Shown here in pieces: positions 61,524 to 64,000 of a stretch of DNA of 64,000 nt. Position numbers and translations under genes: made by a program. The notes beneath the pieces are model-generated. The model had not been told where the DNA came from. It ran no database searches and saw only the letters and a program-made list of their open reading frames with translations. How positions within the stretch are numbered: the stretch's first letter is position 1; every line of letters starts with the position of its first letter. This stretch comes from Lachnospiraceae bacterium (GTDB lineage: Bacteria > Bacillota > Clostridia > Lachnospirales > Lachnospiraceae), in the NCBI GenBank assembly GCA_017411305.1, contig JAFQQI010000079.1, positions 17,463 through 81,462 on the forward strand, given 5' to 3'.

Positions 61524-62567
61524 TTAATATAAGGTCTGTACATCAGTAATCTGATTATCTGTTACCTTAAAGCTCCAAATAGAGTGACCGGGAAGACGAT
61601 GCTCCGTCAGATACCAGGTATCATCAATTCCGGTAATATAGTAAGGAGTACCGCCACCGACAAAGTTGTCATAAACGTCTTCATACTCCCCTTTTATCAG
61701 GTTATCAAGGTCTTTAGTGCGGATAATGGTAGCATAATCCTGATTACCGGTGATATCTGTGGATATGGTAATATAATAGTAATCTTCGATAGGAGTCAAC
61801 TGCACCATACCGGCAAGTTCATTCGGAACCGGATATTCCTTCTTAATCTCAAAGGTAGAAAGCTTTGCTTCAATAATCGTGGAATTGCCGGATACAAAGT
61901 AAATATTATCGTCAATTATGGTAAAGGAGCGGACATAAATACCTGCCAGAGAAGGAATGGAACGGACCTCAGTCAAATACATCCGGCTGTCCTCTTTAGG
62001 ATGTCTGAATAAGAACATTTCGCCGCTTTCGGAACTCCATGCATAAAAGGTATCGGTTTCCTTGTGATAAATCACATAATGGGGTCTGTCACCAATGTCG
62101 TTAAACTCCTGAGTGGGGATATATACCGGTTGACCGTTTAGGTTAACACTCTCCTCCATAATCAAAATGCGGTTTTGCTCGGTATCATCAATCATATAAA
62201 CCGTGCCGTCACTTGCAATCGTATGAGGCAGGGATAAATCCTGTGTCATCACACGCCACTCATAAAGGGGGGCGGTTAAATTTTCATTGTAGATGACCTG
62301 ATTATGATAACAATCCACGATAAAATACATATCCTTTATTTTGGTCAAATAAGTGGGAACACTTAATGTGGGGTTCGGATTATCAGGGATATGATTCAGC
62401 GTTTCGATGGAAAAGTCAATCAGCGTTGACTGTTGTAAATAATTTTCAGGTACATAGTTAGTTACCGGCGTCTCTTTGCTGCAACCGGATAAGAGCAGGC
62501 AAAAGAGTCCTGCAACTAAGGATAAAGTAAATTTGGTTTTGAGTGGTTTTAATATCTTTCGTCTCAT
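61524..62567 (-). CDS. putative lipoprotein, beta-propeller/NHL-like
   Basis: Lipobox LSGC; repeats FIVDCYHNQV, PHTIASDG and MIDDTEQNRI. Confidence 0.7.
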   Translation of the reverse strand: MRRKILKPLKTKFTLSLVAGLFCLLLSGCSKETPVTNYVPENYLQQSTLIDFSIETLNHIPDNPNPTLSVPTYLTKIKDMYFIVDCYHNQVIYNENLTAPLYEWRVMTQDLSLPHTIASDGTVYMIDDTEQNRILIMEESVNLNGQPVYIPTQEFNDIGDRPHYVIYHKETDTFYAWSSESGEMFLFRHPKEDSRMYLTEVRSIPSLAGIYVRSFTIIDDNIYFVSGNSTIIEAKLSTFEIKKEYPVPNELAGMVQLTPIEDYYYITISTDITGNQDYATIIRTKDLDNLIKGEYEDVYDNFVGGGTPYYITGIDDTWYLTEHRLPGHSIWSFKVTDNQITDVQTLY

Positions 62568-62651
62568 AAGCCTATTATAATTTTTTTGCTTCCTTTGTAC
62601 AATGTTTTTTTGTATACTTATAATAGATTATATTTTGGAGAAGAAGAGAGT

Positions 62652-63752
62652 ATGAAGCAAAGAGAAGAAAATCAGACATTCCGGATATTGTCTGCAATCG
62701 GTATGATATTGGTGGTGGCAGGGCATTTAGGTTACAATTTATTTGATTGGGGCGGATTATTTCCCTATTATTCTTTTCATGTGTTTTTGTTTTTATTTGT
62801 ATCAGGATATTTTTACAGGGAGGAAGCCGAAAATCAAATCGGAAGGTATATCATCGGAAAGTGTAAAACACTGCTTTTGCCGTATTTTTTATGGAATTTG
62901 TGCTACGGTGTGATTACAGAGTTGCTTCATAAAGCCGGATTTACCATCGGGCAAGAGCTTTCCTTCTACACGCTGATTCTGGCCCCCTTTGAGGGAGGGC
63001 ATCATTTCATGTACCATTTCCCGGCTTGGTTTGTTCCGGTACTGTTTGTGATTGAAGTAATTAATGTAGGCATGAGAAAGCTTCTTAATCTGTTGAGACT
63101 GAATAAAGAGTGGCTGATTTTTACCGGTTGCCTGATAATGGGAATTGCCACCGTTTACTTGGCAATCGGCGGACATGTGTGGGGGTATTATCAGATTCCG
63201 GGAAGAGTATTGTTTATGCTGCCCGGCTTTCAGATGGGGCGTATGTACCGTCGTTATTTAGAAAAGCATGATACCCTGCCGGACAAAATATATTTTCCAA
63301 TTGTTATTGCTCTACAGTTGTGTATTACTTTTATCTGCGGCGGATTGGCATTTAGCGCAGTCTGGGTAACCAGCTTTGCAAACGGGCCCATTGTGCCTTA
63401 TCTGACAATTATGACGGGAATTGCACTTTGGCTTCGGATTTCTAAGCTTTTGACACAGCTGCCGTCTTTGGCAAAGCCGCTTGTATACCTTGGAAGAAAT
63501 ACCTTTTCGGTGATGATGCACCATATTTTTTCTTTCTTTTTGCTTAACTGTCTGTTTTTCGGATTACATTTATTTTTTCCGGTATTCCGAGAATTTGATA
63601 AAACATTATTTTTCAGTGATGTAAATTATTTGTTCTTACCGGCAGGAGATGTCGGGAAATGGCTGTATCTGATTGCGGGAATCGGATTGCCGCTTTTACT
63701 TGAAGGATTTATCTTACAAATGAAAAAGCGAATAAAAAGAACAAAAAGATGA
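62652..63752 (+). CDS. acyltransferase-3 (OafA-like) membrane protein
   Basis: LVVAGH, SFHVFLFLFVSGYF, LLLPY, AWF; about 10 TM helices; start trimmed to 62652. Confidence 0.85.
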   Translation: MKQREENQTFRILSAIGMILVVAGHLGYNLFDWGGLFPYYSFHVFLFLFVSGYFYREEAENQIGRYIIGKCKTLLLPYFLWNLCYGVITELLHKAGFTIGQELSFYTLILAPFEGGHHFMYHFPAWFVPVLFVIEVINVGMRKLLNLLRLNKEWLIFTGCLIMGIATVYLAIGGHVWGYYQIPGRVLFMLPGFQMGRMYRRYLEKHDTLPDKIYFPIVIALQLCITFICGGLAFSAVWVTSFANGPIVPYLTIMTGIALWLRISKLLTQLPSLAKPLVYLGRNTFSVMMHHIFSFFLLNCLFFGLHLFFPVFREFDKTLFFSDVNYLFLPAGDVGKWLYLIAGIGLPLLLEGFILQMKKRIKRTKR

Positions 63753-63762
63753 AAGAAATGAT

Positions 63763-63870
63763 TTGACATGAAAAAAATGGTGTGATATGCTAGGAACACT
63801 TACCGCTTAGTGAAAAGTGAATAGGAATGAAAACGTGAACTGTCTGTGGAGATACCATGGGCAGTTTTTG
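63763..63870 (+). promoter_or_regulatory. promoter followed by leader with terminator-like hairpin
   Basis: TTGACA-17-TATGCT; AACTGTCTGTGG/CCATGGGCAGTT-TTTG. Confidence 0.55.
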
Positions 63871-63931
63871 ATTGCCGGAAAATCAGGCAAATGACGAAAA
63901 CCAATAGAATCATTAAGAGGGAGTGAAAATA

Positions 63932-64000
63932 ATGAATCAGGTTCAAAAAAGAAAAAAGAAGCAATTTTTTATCAGCAGTATGTTACTGGCAGCAATCATA
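63932..64000 (+). CDS. 5' end of a membrane or secreted protein (truncated by window)
   Basis: GAGGGAG RBS; MNQVQKRKKKQFFISSMLLAAII. Confidence 0.6.
   Translation, partial: MNQVQKRKKKQFFISSMLLAAII

Noticed and set aside
1-64000. CRISPR array, rRNA, tRNA, IS transposase, reverse transcriptase
   Set aside because: No spaced direct repeats or signature motifs seen by eye; a formal scan was not possible.

Overview
Chromosomal window from a Clostridia bacterium, probably Lachnospiraceae (inferred from gene content and lineage-type insertions in L3 and L17). 1-12.2 kb holds housekeeping and accessory genes: a two-component system, trpS, a SAM methyltransferase, an ASKHA/RACo-like ATPase, proB, DUF1015 and a DMT transporter, plus a ~400-bp fold-back element. 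12.7-36.9 kb is the complete S10-spc-alpha ribosomal cluster, followed by an MCP, an M15 peptidase and ecfA1A2T-truA-rplM-rpsI. At the rpsI 3' end sits a ~6.6-kb integrase-less island, bounded by a duplicated rpsI tail. It carries a frameshifted MobV relaxase and an AT-rich five-gene operon: Xis-like HTH, fused nuclease-N6-methyltransferase, specificity subunit and two unknown small proteins. The operon promoter has a LexA-type box and 10-bp-phased repeats, making it the best candidate for a new system. Downstream are a type I toxin-antitoxin locus, MerR-CPBP, an ECF sigma with a beta-solenoid-like partner, cysK-Rrf2, a Crp/Fnr-site-linked stand-alone glycyl-radical protein with an OFA transporter, and an EF-G/TetM-like GTPase fused to a YacP/Rae1-type NYN RNase. 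No rRNA, tRNA or CRISPR array was seen. All family assignments come from motif recognition by eye, not database searches.
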